A stretch of 64,000 bases of DNA from Clostridia bacterium. Its GTDB lineage: Bacteria; Bacillota; Clostridia; UMGS1883; UMGS1540. Of this stretch, positions 50,323-58,060 are shown in pieces. Numbering within the stretch: the first letter of the stretch is position 1; each line of letters begins with the position of its first letter. Location: the NCBI GenBank assembly GCA_017450025.1, contig JAFSYJ010000016.1, positions 5,487-69,486 of the forward strand, written 5' to 3'. The position numbers and the translations under genes were made by a program. A model generated the notes under the pieces. The model did no database searches, was not told the origin of the DNA, and saw only the letters and a list, made by a program, of their open reading frames with translations.

Positions 50323-50862
50323 ATGGCGATTGGTGAAAGAATAAGATATATACGAAAATTAAGAAAATTAACACAAACCAGGCTCGGAGTAAAACTCGGA
50401 TTTCCGGAAAGCTCTGCCGAGGTCAGAATAGCACAGTATGAAACGGGCACTCGAACGCCGAAAGAGAATGGTATAAAAGTGATAGCGGATATTCTTGAAG
50501 TATCGCCTCTTGCTTTGAAAGTGCCGGACATTGACAGCAATTTGGGCTTAATGCACACATTTTTCGCTTTGGAAGATATGTACGGATTGGAGATAAAAGC
50601 GGAAGATGATAAATTGATATTTCAATTCAAGGATGAACGGAAGCTTGACCCGTCATTTCATCAAATGCTTTTTGCATGGGCGAAGCAAGCAGAAAAACTC
50701 AAAAACGGTGAGGTAACAAAAGAGGAGTATGACAAGTGGAGATATAACTATCCAAAATATGATAACTCGCAAATATTTGCGGAAGTTCCCTCACAAAAAA
50801 TAACAGATTATTTAGAAAAACAAAACGGCGCAAAGGAGGATTTAAAAAATGGATGCAAATGA
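50323..50862 (+). CDS. XRE family helix-turn-helix transcriptional regulator
   Basis: IGERIRYIRKLRKLTQTRLGVKLGF...IAQYETGTRTPKENGIKVIADILEVSPLAL is a Cro/C1-type HTH. The ATG is at 50323. Confidence 0.8.
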   Translation: MAIGERIRYIRKLRKLTQTRLGVKLGFPESSAEVRIAQYETGTRTPKENGIKVIADILEVSPLALKVPDIDSNLGLMHTFFALEDMYGLEIKAEDDKLIFQFKDERKLDPSFHQMLFAWAKQAEKLKNGEVTKEEYDKWRYNYPKYDNSQIFAEVPSQKITDYLEKQNGAKEDLKNGCK

Positions 50863-51721
50863 TAAAATTCAGTTATTTGAAAATCAGCAAATACGTACAG
50901 CATGGGATGAAGAAAAAGAGGAATGGTATTTTTCTGTAGTTGATGTTTGTGGTGTGTTAACAGATAGTGCAGATTATAATACTGCAAGAAAATATTGGAA
51001 TAAGCTAAAACAAAGATTAAACGATGAGGGCAGCCAGTTGGTGACAAATTGTCACCAACTGAAAATGAAATCTCCAAAAGACGGAAAGCGTTATAAAACA
51101 GATGTTGCAACCACAGAACAGCTTTTACGAATCATACAGTCAATCCCGTCACCGAAAGCTGAGCCGTTTAAACTTTGGCTTGCGGAGGTCGGCAGAGAAC
51201 GAATCGAAGAAACGATAGATCCCGAACTCATTATTGAACGCGCCCTTGAAACATATTTGAAAAAAGGTTATTCACGCGAATGGATCAATCAACGGTTGCA
51301 GGCAATTCAAGTTCGTAAGGAGCTTACCGATGAATGGCAGGACAGAGGAATTCAAAAAGGAATCGAATACGCAATTCTTACAGACGAGATAACCAAAGCA
51401 TGGTCGGGCATGACAACAAGGCAATACAAAAATCTAAAAGGTTTAAAGGAAGAAAATCTTCGCGACAACATGAGCACAACTGAGATTATTCTTAATATGC
51501 TTGCGGAAACATCAACAAAAGATATTTCAAAGAAGGAAGAACCAAATGGACTCAGCGAAAGCAAAAAGGTTGCAAAGCGCGGAGGCAATGTTGCGAATAT
51601 TGCGAGGAAAGCACTGGAAGCCGAAACAGGCGAATCGGTAATCACATCTGAAAATGCAGCTACATTAAATTCGGTTGTAACAAATCTGATTGAAGGTGCA
51701 AAAAACGACAAAGATGAATAA
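50849..51721 (+). CDS. Bro-N domain protein with a DinD-like (DNA damage-inducible protein D family) C-terminal region
   Basis: FENQQIRTAWDEEKEEWYFSVVDVCGVL...PKAEPFKLWLAEVG fits the Bro-N pattern. The C-terminus (KNLKGLKEENLRDNMSTTEIILNMLAE...) resembles DinD. RBS GGAGG lies upstream. Confidence 0.75.
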   Translation: MDANDKIQLFENQQIRTAWDEEKEEWYFSVVDVCGVLTDSADYNTARKYWNKLKQRLNDEGSQLVTNCHQLKMKSPKDGKRYKTDVATTEQLLRIIQSIPSPKAEPFKLWLAEVGRERIEETIDPELIIERALETYLKKGYSREWINQRLQAIQVRKELTDEWQDRGIQKGIEYAILTDEITKAWSGMTTRQYKNLKGLKEENLRDNMSTTEIILNMLAETSTKDISKKEEPNGLSESKKVAKRGGNVANIARKALEAETGESVITSENAATLNSVVTNLIEGAKNDKDE

Positions 51722-51740
51722 TATATAAAGTTTAACTGAG

Positions 51741-51768
51741 AGACAGGACAAGGAGCCTGTCTTTTTTT
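51741..51768 (+). terminator. Rho-independent terminator after the Bro-N gene
   Basis: AGACAGG - loop - CCTGTCT followed by TTTTTTT. Confidence 0.75.
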
Positions 51769-51839
51769 CGTTTAAATATAGCAAAAAAAGGGTGTGAGCA
51801 TTCTTGGCAAGCGATGCAAATGTATATACATTTACAAAA

Positions 51840-51875
51840 AACGGGCAATTTCACTATGCTTTGAAATTGCCCGTT
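51840..51875 (-). terminator. Strong stem-loop with a U-tract on the minus strand (A-tract on plus); bidirectional-type terminator
   Basis: 14 bp perfect stem AACGGGCAATTTCA / TGAAATTGCCCGTT. On the minus strand it is followed by TTTTTT. Confidence 0.6.
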
Positions 51876-51984
51876 TTGCTTGTTGAGGCTACCGCCCCAA
51901 ACCCTAAAAACGCAGAAAGTACTTCTGCGACCTACGCTCCAAAATGGAGCTTTTGATGTTTTAATAAAATTCAAAAAACAAAAA

Positions 51985-52126
51985 ATCAACTTCGGCCAAG
52001 TTGGTCTGAAATTGGAAAAACCTTATTTTATGCGATCTTCAACTTTGTGTCAAAATGGCACAAAGTTGATTTTAGCATTTTGTTATATATTATTTTTAAC
52101 TTTCCGCCAATTTGTCGGAAAGTTAA
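51985..52126. repeat. Three regularly spaced hairpins (centres about 57-59 bp apart) sharing AACTT...AAGTT arm ends
   Basis: Three hairpins: 51985-52005 ATCAACTT-CGGCC-AAGTTGGT; 52039-52069 TCAACTTTGTG-TCAAAATGG-CACAAAGTTGA; 52096-52126 TTAACTTTCCG-CCAATTTGT-CGGAAAGTTAA. Confidence 0.6.
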
Positions 52127-52349
52127 TTTCTATCTTATAAACTTTTATATTATCAGCACCGCAAGGGGCGTGGCTCAAAGATGAAATCTTTGTTTTTGGG
52201 GCTTGGGGAAGTATCCCCAGGCAAGCAAAAATGAGAAAATCGTGTAAGACGAAATTTCTCATTTTTATGCTTTTAGGTCATAAAAGCATTGCTTGCACAA
52301 GATTGTTATACGCATAGCTCCATAATTATGAATTTATTGGCAAAATTAG

Positions 52350-52378
52350 TTGACTTTTGTAAACATTTGTAGTAAAAT
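52350..52378 (+). promoter_or_regulatory. Sigma-70-type promoter of the RHH-SPFH-TIR operon
   Basis: TTGACT (52350-52355), a 17 nt spacer, then TAAAAT (52373-52378), about 35 nt upstream of the RHH start codon. Confidence 0.55.
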
Positions 52379-52412
52379 ATAAAAGTAAAAGTATGTTTTC
52401 TGGGGTGAGGAT

Positions 52413-52601
52413 ATGGCGGAAGAAAAATTAATAATTGCTGCCAAAAAATATGGCGGCGAAAGTGCGGTAGTTTCTGCGCGTCTTCCTGTTGACCTGATTA
52501 AGCGTTTGGACGATATATGCGACATGACAGGAAGAACAAAAAATGAAGTTATTCAGATGTGTATAGAGTTCGCAGTAGAACGTATAGAAATTGAAAAGTA
52601 G
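52413..52601 (+). CDS. Ribbon-helix-helix (CopG/Arc/MetJ-type) DNA-binding protein
   Basis: 62 aa. SARLPVDLIKRLDDICDMTGRTKNEVIQMCIEFAV shows the beta-strand then helix-helix pattern typical of RHH repressors/antitoxins. Confidence 0.8.
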   Translation: MAEEKLIIAAKKYGGESAVVSARLPVDLIKRLDDICDMTGRTKNEVIQMCIEFAVERIEIEK

Positions 52602-52614
52602 CGGAGGTATTCAT

Positions 52615-53721
52615 ATGTTTAAATTAGCAGATGTAATCAAGTATGAAGGTGACAATTCAACTTTTGTGTGGAAACATCATTGTGAGGATTTTAATACAAC
52701 ATCTCAGTTAATAGTACATGAATCACAGGAAGCCGTGTTTTTTGCAAACGGTCAGGCTTTGGACTTGTTTGAGACGGGAAGGTATACGCTAACAACACAA
52801 AACATTCCGCTTATAAGAAATGTTATAAATATTCCTACGGGCGGAAAGACGCCTTTCCATTGTGAAGTTTATTTTGTAAATAAAACTCACCAAATGGCTA
52901 TTAAATGGGGTACGGACAGTCAGGTTCAATATATGGAACCAAAGTATCACTTCCCTTTGCAAATCGGATTGTCCGGAGAAATGATTTTATCGGTTGATGA
53001 TTCGAGAAAACTTCTTGTTTATATAGTCGGCACGGAACAAAAATTGACGCAAACAGCATTAGTACAAAAATTCCGTGCATTGCTAATGTCAAAAATTAAA
53101 CCATACATCGGAAAAACAATGCAGGAAGCATCGTATTCAATATTTGAAACCGATTCGCATATGGATGAATTATCTTCCGATTTACATAGAATGCTGATTC
53201 CGGATTTTAAAGCATACGGGCTTAAACTTGAAAACTTCTTTGTTACCAATATTGCAAAACCTGATGGAGAACCCGCATACGAAAAATTCAAAGATTTGCA
53301 CATTCGTCAGTATTCAGATGTTGCGGAAGCTCAGTTAAAACAACAAGTAAGCGTTATAGATGAAGAAACGGAAAAGAAACGCAGAATTATAGAGGCTGAA
53401 GGAATTGCCGAAAAAAGAAAAATTGAGGGTTATAGTTATGCCCAGGAAAGAGGCTTTGATGTTGCGGAAAAAGTTGCAGATAATGAAGGCGTGGGTAACT
53501 TTTCAAGTCTCGGCATCGGTCTCGGAATGATGGGCGGTGTTGCAGGAACTGTTGGAGGAATGACCGGAGAGGCAATAAAAAATACGGAAGGGCAAAAAAG
53601 TCCGGACAGTATGGAGGAGTTCAAACAAAAGCTCGAAAAACTGATGCTTATGAAGGAAATGGGCGCCTTGTCAGATGAAGAATTCAACGAACAGAAGAAA
53701 AGATTATTAGAAAGTATTTAA
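52615..53721 (+). CDS. SPFH (Band 7, YdjI-like / Band_7_1) domain protein with a Gly/Met-rich linker and a C-terminal SHOCT domain
   Basis: N-terminus MFKLADVIKYEGDNSTFVWKHHCEDFNTTSQLIVHESQEAVFFANGQ...GRYTLTTQNIP is typical of the Band_7_1 family. A coiled-coil follows. The C-terminus MEEFKQKLEKLMLMKEMGALSDEEFNEQKKRLLESI is SHOCT-like. RBS GGAGG lies upstream. Confidence 0.85.
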   Translation: MFKLADVIKYEGDNSTFVWKHHCEDFNTTSQLIVHESQEAVFFANGQALDLFETGRYTLTTQNIPLIRNVINIPTGGKTPFHCEVYFVNKTHQMAIKWGTDSQVQYMEPKYHFPLQIGLSGEMILSVDDSRKLLVYIVGTEQKLTQTALVQKFRALLMSKIKPYIGKTMQEASYSIFETDSHMDELSSDLHRMLIPDFKAYGLKLENFFVTNIAKPDGEPAYEKFKDLHIRQYSDVAEAQLKQQVSVIDEETEKKRRIIEAEGIAEKRKIEGYSYAQERGFDVAEKVADNEGVGNFSSLGIGLGMMGGVAGTVGGMTGEAIKNTEGQKSPDSMEEFKQKLEKLMLMKEMGALSDEEFNEQKKRLLESI

Positions 53722-53738
53722 CTTAGGAGGAATTGGTT

Positions 53739-55250
53739 ATGGGATTTACGAAAAATAAAGCATGGAGTATTGTTATATCACTATTAGCACTTATCCTTTT
53801 GCATGTTGTCGCATTTATTCTTCCCGTATACCACGGTATACATTTTTGGATGGGATACAGTTTTGCTGTTTTTGCAAATATAGTGCTGGTTGTAGCTGCT
53901 ATTATTACGCTTAATAAACCAAATATAAATAAAACATTCCTGGGGCTTCCTGCTTTGAGCGTGGCATGGATTTATTTTATTATTCAAACAGGATTATCAA
54001 TAAAGCAAATGACAGATTTTGATTTTCCGTATTTTGCGGGGATAATTATTAATTCAGCTTTAGCGACATTTGTTATTATTACTCTTATTTTAACAAATAT
54101 GGCAGTAAAAGAAATTGAAAAAGTCGAAGAAAAAACAGCCGAAAAAGTATTTTATATTAAAAATTTAAAAACTGATATTGAACTATTAGAAAGCGAAAAT
54201 TCAGAGGTTTTGTCAAAGCTTAAAGACCTGAAAGATACGGTTAGATTCAGTGATCCGATGAGCCATTCACAGCTTACCCCGCTGGAAAATAAAATCACCA
54301 ATAAGTTTAATATTCTCAAAGAAAACATCGACAATCCAAGCATTGCTTTAACGCTCTGCGATGAAATGCAGAAGCTGCTAGCGGAAAGGAACAAAAAGTG
54401 CAGATTGTTAAAAGGAGTGCCGGAGTCCACTCTGGAAAAAGACAATACGGGCATTAATATTTTATCTACCGCTTTGGCGGTGCTTAGTGTTGTGGCTATA
54501 TTCACACTCATACTGACATTTGTTATTATTCCAAACAACAAGTATAATACTGCGAACGCTTTATTTCAAAATGAAAATTATGAAGAGGCACTCTTTGCTT
54601 TTGAAAAGCTCGGCAACTATAAGGATAGCAAATTAAAAACAGACTTAATAAAAGAAAAATTATATGAAGAAAAGTATTTGCAAGCTGAAAATTGCTACAA
54701 GACGCAAAAGTATGTAGAAGCTATGCGCTTATACAGCGAGCTTGGAGATTATAAAAATTCAAAGGACAGAATTGAACAAATCTGCAATAAGTTTGCTCAG
54801 GGCGGAGAAATTTACTTTGGCGTGTATGAAGAAAATCCCGTTGCATGGAAAATTTTAAAAACAGAAAAAAGCAGAATGCTTTTAATCACGCAAAATCCTG
54901 TAGAAACACTTGCATTTAATGACGAACTTAAAAATATAACATATGAAACATCCTCTATAAGAAACTGGCTGAATGATGATTTTCTGACTGAATTTTCTGA
55001 TGATCAAAGAGGCAGAATCCTTAAGAGTGACGAAGGCATGAATGATGATATATTCCTTTTGACAGAAGAACAATATAATGAATATTCAAAAAATCTTGAC
55101 CTAACCACATATAGTGATTGGTGGCTGAGGACTAAAACCGATGCCGGAATGATGTATGTATCTGGAGAAAGCGGTGAAGTAAATACATATGGAGAAAGTG
55201 TCGTAAGAAATATGGGCGTTCGTCCGTGTGTTTGGATAAGCTTAAGATAG
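53739..55250 (+). CDS. Polytopic membrane protein: four N-terminal TM helices, coiled-coil, fifth TM, two GxYK(D/N)S helical motifs, C-terminal DUF6273-like domain
   Basis: Hydrophobic segments lie at the N-terminus and at INILSTALAVLSVVAIFTLILTFVII. The motifs are FEKLGNYKDSK and YSELGDYKNSK. The C-terminus W-KILK...SSIRNWLNDDFL...DIFLLTEEQ...DWWLRT...GVRPCVWISL fits the DUF6273 pattern. RBS AGGAGG lies 8 nt upstream of the ATG at 53739. Confidence 0.75.
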   Translation: MGFTKNKAWSIVISLLALILLHVVAFILPVYHGIHFWMGYSFAVFANIVLVVAAIITLNKPNINKTFLGLPALSVAWIYFIIQTGLSIKQMTDFDFPYFAGIIINSALATFVIITLILTNMAVKEIEKVEEKTAEKVFYIKNLKTDIELLESENSEVLSKLKDLKDTVRFSDPMSHSQLTPLENKITNKFNILKENIDNPSIALTLCDEMQKLLAERNKKCRLLKGVPESTLEKDNTGINILSTALAVLSVVAIFTLILTFVIIPNNKYNTANALFQNENYEEALFAFEKLGNYKDSKLKTDLIKEKLYEEKYLQAENCYKTQKYVEAMRLYSELGDYKNSKDRIEQICNKFAQGGEIYFGVYEENPVAWKILKTEKSRMLLITQNPVETLAFNDELKNITYETSSIRNWLNDDFLTEFSDDQRGRILKSDEGMNDDIFLLTEEQYNEYSKNLDLTTYSDWWLRTKTDAGMMYVSGESGEVNTYGESVVRNMGVRPCVWISLR

Positions 55251-55268
55251 AATGGAGGCACATATAAG

Positions 55269-56021
55269 GTGATATCCAAATGTAAAGTATGTGGCGGAAA
55301 TATTAATGCAAAAGAAGATGCAAAATATGTTATATGTGAATATTGCAGTACAACATATGAAACAGACAACGGCAAAATTGATATTAATGTAAGTTGTAAT
55401 GTTAATAATACTGCAAAAAAGAAATCATTGTTGCCTTTATTGATATGTTTGTTTTTGCTGGTGTTTGTCATTGTAGGGGGACTTATTGTTATGAGTCTTA
55501 TGAAGATTAACACCTCTTTGGAAAAACCGGAAGATAATGATGTATCCTATGTTTCGGAAATTTATGAAAAAAATTCGGAATTACAAAGAAACGAAAACAA
55601 AAATACCATTGAAGAAAAAAACAATAAACCTGAATTTGTTTATATTGAAAATGTCGAAGAACAAGTTAAACTGATACGCAAAAAATACTACAGCACACAA
55701 AACGACCTCGGAGCGCTCAATGTTACACAAATCGGCAAATATAAAATTTATAAAAATTCTGATGGTGATATTAAAAAGGTTGATTTTGCATTGAATTCTA
55801 ATGCATATGATGTTTGCTATTATTATGAAAATGGAGAATTGTATTTTGTTTTTGCTTTTGACGGAAAAAAGGAAAATAGATTTTATATTTATAAAAATCA
55901 GATTATAAGATGGATAAATGAAGCCGGTACTGTGTTTGATAATGAATATAACAACCCTGAATTGCAGAAGTGGCAAAAAATAATTTTCGATGAAGCAAAA
56001 CTTTTGAAGGAGAATATATGA
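55269..56021 (+). CDS. Zinc-ribbon single-pass membrane protein (no TIR) with an extracytoplasmic C-terminal domain
   Basis: The GTG start aligns with the paralog N-termini (MISKCKVCGG...ICEYCSTTY is a CxxC..CxxC ribbon). KKK precedes the TM segment LLPLLICLFLLVFVIVGGLIVMSL, giving an N-in topology. RBS GGAGG lies upstream. Confidence 0.7.
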   Translation: MISKCKVCGGNINAKEDAKYVICEYCSTTYETDNGKIDINVSCNVNNTAKKKSLLPLLICLFLLVFVIVGGLIVMSLMKINTSLEKPEDNDVSYVSEIYEKNSELQRNENKNTIEEKNNKPEFVYIENVEEQVKLIRKKYYSTQNDLGALNVTQIGKYKIYKNSDGDIKKVDFALNSNAYDVCYYYENGELYFVFAFDGKKENRFYIYKNQIIRWINEAGTVFDNEYNNPELQKWQKIIFDEAKLLKENI

Positions 56022-58057
56022 TATTTAAATGTAAAATCTGCGGTGGTAGTTTAGATGTACATATCGGAGAAAGAACGGCAGTATGTGAGTACTGTGGTGT
56101 GGAACAGACAATACCGAGCTTTATTGATATAAAAGCGCAGGAGATATATAATATAGCAAGCAATTATCTTGCGCACAATGAATTTGATAAAGCGGAAAAT
56201 CTGTATGCACAGATTCTAATTGACAACAAATCCGATGCGGACGCGTACTGGAATATTCTTATGTGCCGCTACGGTGTTACATATGTAAAAGACCCTGCAA
56301 GCGGAAAGTATATACCAACGTGCAACAGAACTTTATATGCCCCTATTTTCAATGACGAAAACTACAAAAACGCTATTAAGTATGCAGATGAAAAACAAAT
56401 GGCATTATTTGAAGCAAACGCAAAAATCATTGACGATATACAAAAGGGTATTCTTTCCGTTTCAAGCAAAGAAAAGCCGTTTGATATTTTCATATCGTAC
56501 AAGGAAACGGATGCGAACGGCGCAAGAACAAAGGACAGTATTGCGGCGCAGGATTTGTATGAGAAACTGACGGCAGAAGGTTACAAGGTATTCTTCTCAC
56601 GTATTACCCTTGAAGACAAAATTGGAACGGAGTATGAACCATACATCTATGCCGCCCTTGCTTCAAGCAAGGTAATGATAACCGTTTCATCATCAAGAGC
56701 AAATCTCGAATCGGTATGGGTAAAAAATGAGTGGTCAAGGTTTTTATCATTCATGGGAAAAGACAGCGGGAAAACACTTGTTCCGCTTTATTTTGATATG
56801 GACAAGTCTGACCTGCCGGATGATTTTGCACATTTCCCATCTTACGATATGAAAGTTGACGGTTTTGAACAAGATTTAATAAGGGGTATTAAAAAATTGA
56901 CACCTCTACCTGTCATGCTTTTGGAGAAACGGAAGAAAAGAAATAAGATATTAAAGCGTATAGGACTTGCCGGTGCAGCTTGCGCGGTTATCGGTGTTAT
57001 ATGCGCTATTCCGTGGTTTATGAAGCTGCCGCAATATAACGCCGCAATGCAGCTTTATTATGACAAGAACTACCCCAAAGCGACATGGGCATTTGCAGAT
57101 TTAGGAAGTTACAGAAATTCAGAGAAAATGAAGGAAAAGTGTGAGCTTAGCTGGAGGAAGAGTTTGGCGAATGTTGTAGCAACAAAATATGCTTCGTTAG
57201 AAGGCGATTCATACTATGTTTCACAGCAAGGCAGTATCGAAATTTTTGATTCAATTAACGGTTTCGACAGCAATGAAAATAAGAATTCAAATTTGCAGAC
57301 CGATGTAAAATATGTATCCATTGCTGACGGTGGACACACATCTGTTTATGCGCTCAGAGAAGACGGATTTGTTTCTAATTCTAAGGAAAACAACGATTTA
57401 CCGGATGATTGGAAAAACATTGTTCAGATTTCACCAAAGTTTTACAGTACTTCTGTGGCATTAACCAAAGAAGGTAAAATGCTATACGGAAACACACATA
57501 ATTCAAAGTTTTATTCAGGAAACGATGATTGGCTGACTGATGTTAGCACATGGAATAATATTGTTTCTTTCGAGTATGAGATATTGGACACCGAAGGTGG
57601 TATAGAATCTGCGGCTATTGTAGGAATAAAATCAGATGGATCGTTATGCGGCGTATATACAAGTAGTTTTAACAGTGCTTCAATTTCACAAGCTGTAAAA
57701 CAGTTTTCTGATGTGAAAAGCGTTGACATTGATCTTTATGACGGTATACGAATAACAGCTTTAACAAATCACGGCACATTACAAAAGTATGAGCATGACA
57801 GATTCAGCGAAGAAATAGCGGAAAACACTTCAGATATATTTATAGATTTTTATCCTGAAGATGCAATATATAAGCTTTCTAATCGCGGTGAATTGTTTGG
57901 CTGTACGGGGCATGTTTTAACAGAAGACATCGTTAAGTTATCGTCTGATTTTTGTATAAGTCGTTCAGGTAGCATATATAGAATTTTCAATAATGAAGTT
58001 CAAAAGTATTCCGAAAAAACAGTTGTATATGACGAATGGGTAGAAAGGTTGAATTAG
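56018..58057 (+). CDS. Type-A zinc-ribbon / helical / TIR-domain single-pass membrane protein with a repeat (propeller-like) ectodomain, copy A1
   Basis: C4 ribbon MIFKCKICGG...CEYCG. TIR_2-like domain FDIFISYKETDANGARTKDS...GYKVFFSRITLEDKIGTEYEPYIYAALASSKVMITVSSS..LESVWVKNEWSRFL. KRKKRNKILKR precedes the TM segment IGLAGAACAVIGVICAIPWF. The C-terminal region has about six repeats of the form W-x-(N/D)-I-V-x-(I/F) ... G-x-x-x-D-G. The start overlaps the upstream stop (ATGA). Confidence 0.85.
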   Translation: MIFKCKICGGSLDVHIGERTAVCEYCGVEQTIPSFIDIKAQEIYNIASNYLAHNEFDKAENLYAQILIDNKSDADAYWNILMCRYGVTYVKDPASGKYIPTCNRTLYAPIFNDENYKNAIKYADEKQMALFEANAKIIDDIQKGILSVSSKEKPFDIFISYKETDANGARTKDSIAAQDLYEKLTAEGYKVFFSRITLEDKIGTEYEPYIYAALASSKVMITVSSSRANLESVWVKNEWSRFLSFMGKDSGKTLVPLYFDMDKSDLPDDFAHFPSYDMKVDGFEQDLIRGIKKLTPLPVMLLEKRKKRNKILKRIGLAGAACAVIGVICAIPWFMKLPQYNAAMQLYYDKNYPKATWAFADLGSYRNSEKMKEKCELSWRKSLANVVATKYASLEGDSYYVSQQGSIEIFDSINGFDSNENKNSNLQTDVKYVSIADGGHTSVYALREDGFVSNSKENNDLPDDWKNIVQISPKFYSTSVALTKEGKMLYGNTHNSKFYSGNDDWLTDVSTWNNIVSFEYEILDTEGGIESAAIVGIKSDGSLCGVYTSSFNSASISQAVKQFSDVKSVDIDLYDGIRITALTNHGTLQKYEHDRFSEEIAENTSDIFIDFYPEDAIYKLSNRGELFGCTGHVLTEDIVKLSSDFCISRSGSIYRIFNNEVQKYSEKTVVYDEWVERLN

Positions 58058-58060
58058 ATT

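Noticed and set aside
51985-52126. Possible mini-CRISPR array or ToxI-like RNA antitoxin repeat
   Set aside because: Only three units are present and they share just the outer 5-6 nt of each arm, so the units are not true repeats. The intervening sequences are not spacer-like in a repeat framework. No cas or toxN-like genes are nearby.
51732-52140. Two overlapping track ORFs (85 aa minus strand, 86 aa plus strand) in the hairpin-rich gap
   Set aside because: They have no RBS, and their reading frames run straight through multiple perfect stem-loops and terminators. I treated the region as structured non-coding DNA.
46627-52400. Interpreting the island as a prophage
   Set aside because: Only a recombinase, an XRE regulator and a Bro-N-type gene are present. 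No capsid, tail, terminase, portal, lysis or replication genes appear in the window.
52413-53721. RHH + SPFH as a classical type II toxin-antitoxin pair
   Set aside because: The downstream partner is a 368 aa SPFH/SHOCT scaffold protein rather than a small toxin fold. The RHH protein is more simply read as the operon regulator.
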